Shown: in pieces, positions 48,933 to 59,654 of the stretch | Position numbering within the stretch: position 1 is the stretch's first letter | Layout: every line of letters starts with the position of its first letter | Assembly (NCBI GenBank): GCA_020722965.1 | Contig: DYJT01000008.1 | Span: forward strand, 28,474-92,473 | DNA from: Brachyspira murdochii | Lineage (GTDB): Bacteria; Spirochaetota; JAAYUW01 | Length of the DNA stretch: 64,000 nt | Reading direction: 5' to 3' | The notes under the pieces: model-generated | The model's input: the letters and a program-made list of their open reading frames with translations, nothing else | The model's database searches: none | Told to the model about the DNA's origin: nothing | Translations under genes and position numbers: made by a program

Positions 48933-50949
48933 TTTTTTCATATGCCAAAGCAGTTCTACTGGGTAAATATATCGAAATTTCATATTTTTTTGAATCAATT
49001 TTATGAGTTCTATAAATAATTTCTTTATCTAATCTCTCAAAACCTCCAAAATCTTTGTCATCAGATGAAAATATTAGTTTATAGTCATCTGGTTGACCTA
49101 CCTCCAATTTAAAGTTTTCAAAGCTTTTTACAGGATTCAGGTTAAAGGCATAAACAATCCCATCCCTTATAAATGTTATTGTTTTGTTAGAATCATCTAC
49201 TTTTAAATATTCTATTTTGTAATTAAGTCGATTATGTTTTTGATTAAAAAATTGAATTAACTTCTTTTCAAAATTAAGTAAATATTTAAATTTTAAATTT
49301 TCGTCTTTTACCAAAGACCATAGCCTTCTAGCATGCTTAAAACTAAAATTATTCCCTTCACGGGGGAAATCTATCCATTCTGGATGCCCCCATTCATTAC
49401 CAATAAAATTTAAATAACCTTCTCCTCCTAAAAGAATAACTAAAAATTTAAAAATCTTATGTAATGCAATACCTCTATCTATTATCAAATTTTTATCTTC
49501 AATATGCATCCCGGTGTAAATATCTTTATCTACCAGTCTGAAAAACAAAGTCTTGCCTCCAACCATAGCTTGATCATGAGACTCGCAATAACTAATTACC
49601 TTCTCTAAAGATCTTTTTGACCTTAAGATATGGACAAGTTCACCCAAGTTTAAATTCTCATCGGGGGTATTTGGAATATTTTTTTCAAAGAAATCAGGTA
49701 TACCCATGCCTAATCTAAAATCAAATCCTACACCCCCATAACTAACAGGTAAAGCCATACCAGGAAAGCCACTCATATCCTCCGCAATTGTTATTTCATC
49801 TTCATCTATTTCATGTATCAGATCATTTGCAAGTTTTAAATAAATTACAGCATCTTTATCGAGATCATCTGAAAAATACATGTCATATGAGGTAAAAGCC
49901 TTTCCAATCCCATGATGATGATAGATCATTGATGTAATTCCATCAAACCTAAATCCATCGAAATGATACTCACAAATCCAGAATTTTAAATTTGACAAAA
50001 GAAAATGAATTACCTCATTTTTCCCATAATCGAATAATTTCGAATCCCATACCGGGTGGTTCCCTCTTTCTCCTCGATGGAAAAACTGATACTCCGTTCC
50101 ATCAAATAAATTGATGCCTTCATTTATATTTTTAACAGTATGCGAATGTATCAAATCTAAAAAAACAAGTAAACCAAGTCCATGTGCCGTATCAATTAAA
50201 TTTTTTATATCATCTATAGCCCCAAATCTTGAGGAAATCGCGAAAAAATTAGATACCTGATAACCAAAAGAACCATAATAGGGGTGTTCCATAATTGCCA
50301 TAAGTTGAATTGCATCATATCCAAGTTCTTTAATATAGAGTAAAATTTCTTTTGTAAACTCTTTGTAAGTAGTTATTCCTTCCTTTTCCGAGGACATACC
50401 TATATGAACTTCATATATTAACAATGGCTTATTTTTTTGCTCTCTTTTTTTATCTTTGATCTCGTTTTTCCACTTATAGCTATCTACCTTATCTGGTGGT
50501 AACAATAAAGCTGTGAAATCCTTTGTATTTTCATCCTGTATTAAATATCTAGCATAAAGAGGAATTTTAAAATGATTACCTATGCAGGATACGACAAAAG
50601 CCTTTACTCTAATCCCATCTGGAAACTTGTTAAAATCGAATAGATTTAAGGGTAATTCTATTTCCCAAATACCATTACCTAAGGGTTCAAGTCTATATTT
50701 TTTCTTTTCCCAATTACAAAAATCACCTGTAAAATAAATTGCATGAGCCGATGGCGCCCATTCTCTATAAATAAATGAATTTTCGGTATAATGAAATCCA
50801 AAATAAAGATAACCATTTGCAAAATCAGATAAGCTTGAATCTTTAACCAAGATCTTCTTTTTTTCTTTATATTTTGAATCAAGATCAATAAGAAAATCTT
50901 TATATGGTAAAAGATAAGGATCTAAATCCAATATTTTTGTGTTTTTCAT
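48928..50949 (-). CDS. glgB: GH13 1,4-alpha-glucan branching enzyme
   Basis: 673 aa. GH13 catalytic blocks (YEVHIGMSS, GYDAIQLMAIMEHPYYGSFGYQ, FLDLIHSH, FRFDGITSM) follow an N-terminal CBM48-like region. Confidence 0.8.
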   Translation of the reverse strand: MKNTKILDLDPYLLPYKDFLIDLDSKYKEKKKILVKDSSLSDFANGYLYFGFHYTENSFIYREWAPSAHAIYFTGDFCNWEKKKYRLEPLGNGIWEIELPLNLFDFNKFPDGIRVKAFVVSCIGNHFKIPLYARYLIQDENTKDFTALLLPPDKVDSYKWKNEIKDKKREQKNKPLLIYEVHIGMSSEKEGITTYKEFTKEILLYIKELGYDAIQLMAIMEHPYYGSFGYQVSNFFAISSRFGAIDDIKNLIDTAHGLGLLVFLDLIHSHTVKNINEGINLFDGTEYQFFHRGERGNHPVWDSKLFDYGKNEVIHFLLSNLKFWICEYHFDGFRFDGITSMIYHHHGIGKAFTSYDMYFSDDLDKDAVIYLKLANDLIHEIDEDEITIAEDMSGFPGMALPVSYGGVGFDFRLGMGIPDFFEKNIPNTPDENLNLGELVHILRSKRSLEKVISYCESHDQAMVGGKTLFFRLVDKDIYTGMHIEDKNLIIDRGIALHKIFKFLVILLGGEGYLNFIGNEWGHPEWIDFPREGNNFSFKHARRLWSLVKDENLKFKYLLNFEKKLIQFFNQKHNRLNYKIEYLKVDDSNKTITFIRDGIVYAFNLNPVKSFENFKLEVGQPDDYKLIFSSDDKDFGGFERLDKEIIYRTHKIDSKKYEISIYLPSRTALAYEKI

Positions 50950-51028
50950 ATATTCTATTTTAACATAAATTTAACTATAATCAAAATTAATTCAAACCCA
51001 AAATTTCAAAAATATATAAAAATGTTGA

Positions 51029-52900
51029 TTAAAAATAAAATGAAAAATCTATATTGATTACAAGATTACTTATAGGGTAATATAAAAGATCATAATATGT
51101 AGCAGATAATAGATTCTCGATTGAGATCGTTATATTTTGTTTTTCTGAGATGTAATATGTGAAGTTTAAATTCAATAAAAAATATGGGGAAAACCAGTTG
51201 TAGTTCTCTAAAGTTATATACCTTATACCACGATAGATTAATTCTAATTTAAGTTTAAATTTCTCTACTTCGGCTAGATCAATATTGAAGATTAAGTTCA
51301 ATAATGGAATATATGGGACATATACCTCATTTAAAATAAGTAATCCCTCGGTAATCTTTGATATCGTCAATGAAAAGTAGCCCGAGATATCTATATAGAA
51401 CTCTTCATTTAAAGGTATTGTATAAGAAAGATTTAAATCAATACCCAGGCTATTTCCTTGAGCAAAATTTATAGGCTTAAATCTATTGTCAAACCTTCGT
51501 AGCCATACTATAAAATCATTAAAATAATAATAATAAAATGAAAAATCAAAATTTAATTTAAATAGATTTAATATCAGACCAAATTCCATTCCAATCGATT
51601 TTTCTGGCTTTAAATCAGGATTACCAATCGCAATAATCCCATATGTACTATATAATTCCTGGTAAGTAGGAAGTCTATAACCAGTTGCTCCCTTAATAAA
51701 CAGTTTTAATAAATTATCTTCTTTAAGATCATAGCCTTTTTCTAAATGAAAATATATTGATGGTAAAACTTGATAAACTAAATCTTGTGTATATTTTAAA
51801 TTTAAATCTATCGATGATGAAGCTTCAATATTTAAAAGATTGTCAAAAGATTTATTGAAAATTAATGAAAAAGAAAATAATGATTGATATAAATTGTTAA
51901 ACATAAGTGTATCATCGTTAATAGATTCAATCCTAAGACTTAAACTTGAGTTTAATAAGGCATTTTTGCTTTTAAAAATCATAAATGGAAAATGTAAAAA
52001 GCCGAATAATAATTTCCTTTCTTCATCTATCAAATAAGTATAATCATGGCAGGAAAATTCTTCATAAAAATATTGAAAGGAAAACAATAGATCTTCAAAT
52101 TTTAAAAAGGAAAATAAAGATAAAGAGTCTTTGTATGTCTTATAATAAGGGAATTGAATATCGTTTGGAAGATATTTTTTTGAATAATCAACAAAAAAAG
52201 AGAACGCAAGAGACTGATATTCCAAATTAAATTTAGAAAAAATATCATAAAAATCCGAATTACCAAATGAATCATTATAACTATTAGTATTAAATTTTAC
52301 TTGAAGATCAAGGCTTGAAAAAAAATTGTTATTGAAAAATGATAAATGAGCAAACATCCCTATATTGATCAAAGATGATAGATATATTGTCCCAAAATTT
52401 ATTGCGCCAGACTCCTTGTTTTTTGTCCAGATAAGTATGGCACCACCTATTGCATTTGGGCCAAAAAGAGCCGAAACATTCCCTTTGTAAATGGTGATTT
52501 TACTTATAATGCTTAGTGGTAGTCTTAATGCATTAATTTGAGAAAGAGTTATTGGTATACCATCTAGAAATATCGCTATCCTGGAGGTTGTAAAGCCTCT
52601 TAAAACAAGAAAACCAATTTCTGCTTCATCTATACCAGAAGCAACATACATAAATGATTGACTTTGTAAAAACTCAACAAGAGTAGTTTTTTGACTCTCT
52701 TCAAAATCTTGTTCATCAAATGTTATTACAGAACCTTCTGTTTGTTGATCCTCTGCTGTAACATTGATTGTAATATCCTGTGCATAGATAATTTGAGTTA
52801 AAATGATTAAATATAAGATAAAAATAAACAAAATAGATAAAAAATTAAAATCTCTTTCTTGTAAAATATTAAATTTTGACTTTTTTATTTTTATTATCAT
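51029..52900 (-). CDS. TonB-dependent outer-membrane receptor (BtuB-like), last gene of the cobalamin-riboswitch operon
   Basis: Signal peptide. Plug-domain blocks (LRGFTTSRIAIFLDGIPI, GNVSALFGPNAIGGAILIWTK). Beta-barrel region ending in the aromatic C-terminus ...DFSFYF. Confidence 0.8.
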   Translation of the reverse strand: MIIKIKKSKFNILQERDFNFLSILFIFILYLIILTQIIYAQDITINVTAEDQQTEGSVITFDEQDFEESQKTTLVEFLQSQSFMYVASGIDEAEIGFLVLRGFTTSRIAIFLDGIPITLSQINALRLPLSIISKITIYKGNVSALFGPNAIGGAILIWTKNKESGAINFGTIYLSSLINIGMFAHLSFFNNNFFSSLDLQVKFNTNSYNDSFGNSDFYDIFSKFNLEYQSLAFSFFVDYSKKYLPNDIQFPYYKTYKDSLSLFSFLKFEDLLFSFQYFYEEFSCHDYTYLIDEERKLLFGFLHFPFMIFKSKNALLNSSLSLRIESINDDTLMFNNLYQSLFSFSLIFNKSFDNLLNIEASSSIDLNLKYTQDLVYQVLPSIYFHLEKGYDLKEDNLLKLFIKGATGYRLPTYQELYSTYGIIAIGNPDLKPEKSIGMEFGLILNLFKLNFDFSFYYYYFNDFIVWLRRFDNRFKPINFAQGNSLGIDLNLSYTIPLNEEFYIDISGYFSLTISKITEGLLILNEVYVPYIPLLNLIFNIDLAEVEKFKLKLELIYRGIRYITLENYNWFSPYFLLNLNFTYYISEKQNITISIENLLSATYYDLLYYPISNLVINIDFSFYF

Positions 52901-53027
52901 AGGAATAATATACTAGTTTTATAATTTTTATTATTTTTTATCTTTTTATTTTTAAATTTATTTTGCACCCATATTTTTTTTAACTTTTTAAACCCATCCC
53001 CTTTATTTAAATAAATCAGCCAATAAA

Positions 53028-53885
53028 TCAGCCAGATGTCACTGTCACATTTGATTTTATTGAATATATTACTTTTATAATAATCCAGAGGGGGAAATTT
53101 GTCTTCTGATCTTTTGGAAATGTAAATAATAGCAAAGATGCCTGCTTAATCGTATAATTATCCAATAGCTTAAAACCTGAACTTTCAAGTAATATAACAT
53201 CGATAACCTTACCAGTACTATCGATAGCTATATTTAATCTTACAATCCCCTGCATCTTAAGTTTCAAAGCATCTTTTGGATACTTAAATAGATTTTTATA
53301 ATTGATAGAATATGAAAATATATTTGAACCTATTGAAGAATTTATCGAATTAAGATCGGAATTAGTTGTCGAATTACCCTGGGAATTAATATCAGAATTT
53401 ACACCATTTGCAATATTTATATCACTTGAATCAAAATTATTTGTATTGTTTTGTTCATTTTCAATGTCTTGATTAATACTCTGGCTTATATTTGTGTTTA
53501 AAGCTTCTTCTTTTTTTTCTTCTTTTTGCGACAAATTTAATTTACTTATTGAATCCTCTGTTTTTTCGTTTGTTTTTTCATTTATCTTTTTTTCTTTATT
53601 TAATATTTTATTTTCTTTTGTTGCATTTAAATTTTTTATCACTTTCTGTTCGATTTTTTCATTTATAATACCAGTGTTTTGTGATAATATTATATTAATA
53701 GACTGATAATTAATCTTCCTATCATCCTTAAGTAAATTTAAAGATTCATTGTTTTGTTTTATAAATATTGCTATAAGAAAAATTATGATAAGATGAAGGG
53801 AAAAAGACAATATGAAGTAAAATATAAAACCCTTTTTGGCTACTTTTCTATGAAAATTAAATTTAAAATCTTTTCCCCTTCTCAT
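53028..53885 (-). CDS. TonB-family energy transducer
   Basis: N-terminal TM anchor, a low-complexity N/S/K-rich linker and a TonB C-terminal domain (YPKDALKLKMQGIVRLNIAIDSTGKVIDVILLESSG). Confidence 0.65.
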   Translation of the reverse strand: MRRGKDFKFNFHRKVAKKGFIFYFILSFSLHLIIIFLIAIFIKQNNESLNLLKDDRKINYQSINIILSQNTGIINEKIEQKVIKNLNATKENKILNKEKKINEKTNEKTEDSISKLNLSQKEEKKEEALNTNISQSINQDIENEQNNTNNFDSSDINIANGVNSDINSQGNSTTNSDLNSINSSIGSNIFSYSINYKNLFKYPKDALKLKMQGIVRLNIAIDSTGKVIDVILLESSGFKLLDNYTIKQASLLLFTFPKDQKTNFPLWIIIKVIYSIKSNVTVTSG

Positions 53886-53895
53886 AAAAAATCTT

Positions 53896-55062
53896 CTATT
53901 TACTCTTTCTAAAGATTATTGACACTGGATAACCTGAAAATTCATAGAAATTTGTAAATATAATGTTTGAAAATTGACTAACTAAATTAGTAAAAGAATT
54001 AGTAAAAGAAAAAGAAGATAGCGAACCCCATGGAGTATTTACAATTGCGATATATTGACTATTTGCCAAATCACCAACATGTATTAAAGAGAGGTTGCTT
54101 TTGGCCCCAACATTTGAATTTTTATCTACCCCGCTAACAAATGTTATAGCACTAGAATCAACTGGTAATCTATAAATTGACTTATTCGAAATAGTATAAA
54201 GATAACCGTTATAAATGGAAGATTTGGAACCAAAATATTCACCACTAGGTAACTTATCATAACTAATTTTGGTAATATTTAAATTAGATAAATCAATCTT
54301 AATCCTAAGAAAACCAGAAGATTGAGTAAAACCATAGTCTCCTGTAGAAATAAGATCGCAGTAGATTTCCCCAGAATGCTCATGAACATAAACCTGTTGA
54401 AAATTTTTTAAATTATATCCTATAAATGTAGTATCAAGGCTCTGCTCTTTCACCTTTTCTAAAGTATTCATTTTAAGAATATAGATTATACTATCATCAT
54501 AGGAATAATTAGAGAGATTATAGTTGGTGTTAATTGTCATTAAATATTCGGAGTTTAATTTTGCAATCGCCTGGATTCCTATATTTGAAGTGTATAAAGC
54601 AGAGCTTTCTTTAATAGTACCATCATTTAAATTTAGTTTAACAACTTTACCACTTGCATTCCCTGAAATATACATATAATCACCATCGATAAAGGCATTA
54701 TACGGATTTGTTCCTGCAGGAAGTGTATATTTTTGAACAAAAGAAAGATTCCTTGTAAATTTTGAAACGGAATTGTCAAGTGAATTTACAACATAATAAT
54801 ATTCTTCATCTGCTGAACTTAATATCTGCTGTGGGGCATAATTTGTATTCTCTGAAGGACCCACAGGAATTGGTTGATCTTTGAATTTACTTAATGTTAC
54901 ATCATAAGGAACGATAACATTTCCTGTTGAATTCAGTATCAAAATGTAATCATGGTAAGTCGCTAAAATATCTGTTTCAACAAATGTGCAGGAAAAAGCG
55001 ATTAAAAAAAAGATAAAAGATGCGAAAAGAGCCAGTGAAATCTTCAATTTTCGTGAATACAT
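53896..55062 (-). CDS. Hypothetical lipoprotein, first gene downstream of the cobalamin riboswitch (possible surface B12-binding protein)
   Basis: 388 aa. Signal peptide with a lipobox-like ...LIAFSC. S/T/N/Y-rich, with a repetitive beta-strand character. Confidence 0.4.
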   Translation of the reverse strand: MYSRKLKISLALFASFIFFLIAFSCTFVETDILATYHDYILILNSTGNVIVPYDVTLSKFKDQPIPVGPSENTNYAPQQILSSADEEYYYVVNSLDNSVSKFTRNLSFVQKYTLPAGTNPYNAFIDGDYMYISGNASGKVVKLNLNDGTIKESSALYTSNIGIQAIAKLNSEYLMTINTNYNLSNYSYDDSIIYILKMNTLEKVKEQSLDTTFIGYNLKNFQQVYVHEHSGEIYCDLISTGDYGFTQSSGFLRIKIDLSNLNITKISYDKLPSGEYFGSKSSIYNGYLYTISNKSIYRLPVDSSAITFVSGVDKNSNVGAKSNLSLIHVGDLANSQYIAIVNTPWGSLSSFSFTNSFTNLVSQFSNIIFTNFYEFSGYPVSIIFRKSK

Positions 55063-55214
55063 AAATCCTCCAAATAGATTTTTTGGAGGGGAGATGCTTC
55101 GTAATGAAAAGATTCTTTTTATATTACTTAAAAAAGCTTAAATAAATAAAATTTCAAAAAATATAAAAGAATCTTCAAACGAGAAGATAACCCTCCCCTA
55201 GCGGATATCTTCTT

Positions 55215-55362
55215 CAATACAGGAAGGTCTCCTGGCTATGGCAACCTCTTTAGCCTTCCCACCATAAAATGGCAGTGGCAAAATTAAAGAGTTTAAACCA
55301 TTACAGTGCCTGGGTGCGCACAGGATTTTCACCTGTTTCCCTTTTATGCTTTCGCTCCTGTA
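55215..55362 (-). ncRNA. Cobalamin (B12) riboswitch
   Basis: The minus strand reads ...AAAAGGGAAACAGGTGAAAATCCTGTGCGCACCCAGGCACTGTAATGG...TTGCCACTGCCATTTTATGGTGGGAAGGCTAAAGAGGTTGCCATAGCCAGGAGACCTTCCTG. This contains the B12 box GCCACTG and the conserved GGTGAAAATCC, GGGAAGGC and AGCCAGGAGACCT elements. The downstream leader has GGGGAGGG and CTCCCCTCC segments that can alternately sequester the GGAGG RBS of the 53896..55062 gene. Confidence 0.8.
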
Positions 55363-55669
55363 TAATAAGCAAAAAAAATTTAAACTTTATTTAAATTTAA
55401 TCAATAGATTTTCAAAAATAGATATAAATTTATTTATAAAAAGGGTAGTTATTTATTTAATAATATTCTTTTATTTATTCTTGTTTTATACACCACACCA
55501 ATTAAACTTTTTATTTATTTGCTTAATAATGTTTTAATCCGCCGGCAATTCAAAAAGTAATATGAAATTTCTATAGTAATTTACTTAATTAATAAGTTTT
55601 TTTCAACTACCAGGACGCCTAAAAGTATTATAAAATATCTATAGTATTATAAAAAATATCTATAATAGT

Positions 55670-56338
55670 TTATTTTGTTAATAAGGTCTTTTCAACAGGT
55701 AAAAATCCAATTATCTTTAATTCAATACCAAAGTTTCTTATTAAGATAATAACTATCTGATCGCTATCTTCACTATGGACTACATATAACAAATCGCCTT
55801 CCAGATATACCAGTGGTAAAAATGATGAAAGATTGCTGGATTTTTCATATTCAACTTCTGTAATTTTTAATTTATGACCAAAAAATTGCTTTATCTGATC
55901 GATTTCTAAAAGAGCATCTATTGTTTCTTCATTGAATAGGTCTGCTGTCGCCAGATTATAAACAGGGAAAGATAAAGATGACTTTTCTTTATTAGTGAAA
56001 AAATCAGAAATGAATTTCGGTGAACTTTCTTTTGCTTCTTTTATTTTATTTTCAATTTCTTCATCTGTTAGTGGTTCATTTGAAAAAACAACATCTTTTG
56101 GGGCAAAATTTGGGTCTAAATAATGTGCGACAGATTTGAAGGCATCACCCTTTTGCTTATCATTATTATTATAATAATATAGGGCAACTTTATAATATGC
56201 CTGAGCAAGGAGTATCTTTTGGTTCAAAGTCAAATTTTGGAAAGGATTTGATGAAGAGATAAATATCAGCAAAACTAAAATTGATATAAGAATGATTAAG
56301 AATTTTACAGAATTTTTACTTTTTATTTTATTTTTCAT
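55670..56338 (-). CDS. Hypothetical membrane-anchored protein
   Basis: 222 aa with an N-terminal TM/signal segment. No motif recognised. Confidence 0.4.
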   Translation of the reverse strand: MKNKIKSKNSVKFLIILISILVLLIFISSSNPFQNLTLNQKILLAQAYYKVALYYYNNNDKQKGDAFKSVAHYLDPNFAPKDVVFSNEPLTDEEIENKIKEAKESSPKFISDFFTNKEKSSLSFPVYNLATADLFNEETIDALLEIDQIKQFFGHKLKITEVEYEKSSNLSSFLPLVYLEGDLLYVVHSEDSDQIVIILIRNFGIELKIIGFLPVEKTLLTK

Positions 56339-56367
56339 AAAACTAAATACCCCCTATCTTTAAATAC

Positions 56368-57909
56368 TTATTTTTCATCCAATTTCATAGTAATTATAAA
56401 AGAATTCTGATTTTTTTCAAATTCTATGTCATCCTCGCAATAATTCAAAATTTGAATTGGGCAATATGCTAGAAAATCTTCGAGAGTAAATTCTTTAAAA
56501 TTCTTGGTATCTATATTTTCTTTGTAAAATTTTAGTTTTTCAAAATATTCCTCATTTATCATTGGAGATTCGACAATTATTGAAATTGTCAATTTTCTTT
56601 TGTTTTTATCATCTAATCTTATCCGCAATATATATACAGCATGAACCTTACTAGAAAGAGAAAAAAATAGCAGAGAAAATATTAACTGTCCAATTCTCTT
56701 GTAATCATGAACAAAATTAAAATCGTAATCTGAAATATCAACTTCTATTTTAGCATCAAAATATTTTTGTAAAAAGCTTGTAAGTTTTAATAGCATATCA
56801 TATACCTGGTGAAAATCAAAAGGCTCGAAATTGCAATTAAAACTGTTCGCTATTATTTTAGTGTAATCTATGATATCTAATATATTATAAAATAGGAATA
56901 AGGCATTTACCTCAATGTTTTCGATATCATTTAGTAAATCCCTCGATAAAGTATTTCCTGCAAAATTTATAATATACATGGAAAAACCCAGTATAGAATT
57001 TAAAGGAGTCAAAAGTTGATGATATACTTTATTAAAAATTAAATTCCTGGATTGTTCGATTTCCGATATTGTATGAAGTTGTCTTAGTAGTTGCTGATTT
57101 TTTGTCTTTAATTCGTTTTTATTTTGATTAACAATCTCTTCTAGATTTTCTATGTAAGATTTTTGCTCGGTCAAAAAAAAGAATGAATATATGATAAAAC
57201 CAAGAGCCTTTTCAATTTTTGAAAGAATCAACTTTTTTTTATATCCTATATACAATTTTTCTGATTTCATCTCTTTTAAAAATAATGTTATTATTGCTGA
57301 AAATTGGTTTGCAAAAGATATATTAAGTTCGTATGTAATTTTGGATTCCATAGATTTGCTAGATAATGAATAGTCATATTCATAATTATTGTCATTTAAC
57401 ATCAATTTTAAATGAAGATAACCTTGAACAGCATCAAAATAATTTGCTATTTTATTCAAAATATATTGGAAAAAGGTGTCGATCTTTTTAGTCTGGGGTT
57501 CTTCTTTTATTATCTGTTTAAATGCCAATTCATATAGCTCAGTCAACAATAAAGATTGTTCATATTCAATTTTTAAAATATGTTCTATAAGTGCTGAAAA
57601 CAAAAAATTAGCAAGGTTTTCATTTTTAATTTCAACATCTGAATATACGAATATTAAAGAATATTCTTTATTTATTAATTTTGTTGATTTTGTTTTTAGT
57701 TTATTCGATTTTACAAGATCATTTAATTCAAAATTATCAAATTCTTTTTTATCTAATACCGGGAAGGAAAAACAATTAAAATAATACTGCTTTAAATCAT
57801 CAAAGTTTATGAGACATATGAAATTTTTTATTTCTAACGAATGTAAAAAGAGCAATAAACCATCTTGAAAACCAAGCTGGAAATTGTCATTATAGTTTAT
57901 TTGACCCAT
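56368..57909 (-). CDS. Cytoplasmic histidine-kinase-like protein (HisKA/DHp motif present, ATPase domain not recognisable)
   Basis: 513 aa with no TM segments. Phosphoacceptor-like block VYHQLLTPLNSILGFSMYI after a coiled coil. The C-terminal 200 aa lack clear N, G1 and G2 boxes. Confidence 0.5.
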   Translation of the reverse strand: MGQINYNDNFQLGFQDGLLLFLHSLEIKNFICLINFDDLKQYYFNCFSFPVLDKKEFDNFELNDLVKSNKLKTKSTKLINKEYSLIFVYSDVEIKNENLANFLFSALIEHILKIEYEQSLLLTELYELAFKQIIKEEPQTKKIDTFFQYILNKIANYFDAVQGYLHLKLMLNDNNYEYDYSLSSKSMESKITYELNISFANQFSAIITLFLKEMKSEKLYIGYKKKLILSKIEKALGFIIYSFFFLTEQKSYIENLEEIVNQNKNELKTKNQQLLRQLHTISEIEQSRNLIFNKVYHQLLTPLNSILGFSMYIINFAGNTLSRDLLNDIENIEVNALFLFYNILDIIDYTKIIANSFNCNFEPFDFHQVYDMLLKLTSFLQKYFDAKIEVDISDYDFNFVHDYKRIGQLIFSLLFFSLSSKVHAVYILRIRLDDKNKRKLTISIIVESPMINEEYFEKLKFYKENIDTKNFKEFTLEDFLAYCPIQILNYCEDDIEFEKNQNSFIITMKLDEK

Positions 57910-57963
57910 AATTATAATTTATAATAGTTAAATATAAATAAATGTCAATTTTTTTAATTTGAC

Positions 57964-59613
57964 TTGAAAATTTTATTAAAAAGCAAATATTTACCAAAAT
58001 TAAAAGGGAAAGAAAATATGAAAATAAACAAGATGCCCCTTAAACTTAATCTTAATAAATCAATTATCGATCAATCAAGGCAATTTGCCAGACAGATTGT
58101 TGATGAAGTACAGAAATTTATAGATTTACGATCAACAGTCTCGGTTGAAAGAGCTATACTTAGATTATTCGGAGTTGAATGGCATAGTGAGGATCAGGAA
58201 CTTCCATATGTTAATATTATTATTGACAAGCTTCATAAAGACAATTTACTTTCTAAAGGTGCAACATATTATCTTGTCAATGGTTTATTAAGAACAAATA
58301 TGCCACTAAAAGAATTTTGTGACAACATAGTAAATGGAAGACTATCATTTAAATCTATAGAACCCTTAGATTATGAAGTTGTCAAGGAAAAAGCATTCGA
58401 GTTGGCAAATAAATCGGCCGAAAATATACTTCGAAATGTCGAAAAAAGAGAACAATTAATTTCTGAATATGGTGAAGGTGAACCACCTTATCTATATCTT
58501 ATAGTTGCAACAGGGAATATATACGAAGATGTTATACAGGCACAAAATGCAGCTAGAAGTGGCGCTGATATTATAGCAGTAATAAGATCAACGGCACAAT
58601 CATTGTTGGATTATGTTCCTTATGGCGCTACAACAGAGGGATTTGGGGGCACCTATGCTACTCAAGAAAACTTCAGGATAATGCGTAAGGCTCTAGATGA
58701 AGTTTCAAAAGAAATAGGGAAATATATAAGATTGGTTAACTATTGTTCTGGTCTTTGCATGCCGGAAATAGCTGCTTTAGGAGCAATCGAAAGACTGGAT
58801 GTAATGTTAAATGATTCTATGTATGGTATTTTGTTTAGAGATATAAACATGCAAAGGACATTTATCGATCAATACTTTTCCAGGATGATTAATTCATTTG
58901 CAGAGATAGTTATTAATACAGGAGAAGATAACTATTTGACCACAAGTGATGCATTTGAAAAAGCACATACGGTTCTGGCATCTGAGCTCATTAATGAGCA
59001 ATTTGCATTGAAAGCATATATGCCTGAAAGATTAATGGGACTTGGACATGCCTTTGAGATAAATCCCGATATAGAGAATCAATTTTTATATGAACTTGCT
59101 CAAGCTCAGATGATTAAGGAAATTTTTCCGAATTCTCCTTTAAAATATATGCCTCCAACTAAATTTATGACTGGTAATATTTTTAAAGGACATGTACAGG
59201 ATGCACTTTTCAATTCCGTTTCTGTCATGACAGGGCAAACAATTCACCTTCTTGGAATGCTTACCGAGGCGATTCATACTCCATTTATGATGGATAGACA
59301 TTTATCACTTGAAAATGCGAAAATGGTTTTTAAAACCATGAGGAATATGGCAGATGAGATAGAATTTAAAAAAGATGGAATAATAATGAAAAGGGCGGAA
59401 AAAGTATTACAGGACGCACATGATCTATTAAAATCTATAACACAAAAAGGTCTTATGGAGGCAATTTCCGAAGGTAATTTCGCCGATATTAAAAGATCGC
59501 TTGATGGTGGAAAAGGTTTTAATGGGGTATTTTTAAAGGATGAATCATATTTTAATCCTTTTGAAAAGATTTTTATTGAAAAATTGAAAGAAAGAAATAA
59601 ACAATTCTCATAA
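57964..59613 (+). CDS. kamD: Lysine 5,6-aminomutase alpha subunit (PLP-binding TIM-barrel subunit)
   Basis: 549 aa. The length and the gene order with the downstream B12-binding subunit fit KamD. Confidence 0.75.
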   Translation: MKILLKSKYLPKLKGKENMKINKMPLKLNLNKSIIDQSRQFARQIVDEVQKFIDLRSTVSVERAILRLFGVEWHSEDQELPYVNIIIDKLHKDNLLSKGATYYLVNGLLRTNMPLKEFCDNIVNGRLSFKSIEPLDYEVVKEKAFELANKSAENILRNVEKREQLISEYGEGEPPYLYLIVATGNIYEDVIQAQNAARSGADIIAVIRSTAQSLLDYVPYGATTEGFGGTYATQENFRIMRKALDEVSKEIGKYIRLVNYCSGLCMPEIAALGAIERLDVMLNDSMYGILFRDINMQRTFIDQYFSRMINSFAEIVINTGEDNYLTTSDAFEKAHTVLASELINEQFALKAYMPERLMGLGHAFEINPDIENQFLYELAQAQMIKEIFPNSPLKYMPPTKFMTGNIFKGHVQDALFNSVSVMTGQTIHLLGMLTEAIHTPFMMDRHLSLENAKMVFKTMRNMADEIEFKKDGIIMKRAEKVLQDAHDLLKSITQKGLMEAISEGNFADIKRSLDGGKGFNGVFLKDESYFNPFEKIFIEKLKERNKQFS

Positions 59614-59654
59614 AATGCTTAAAAACTCAAAATAATTAACAAAAAGGTGGTTTC

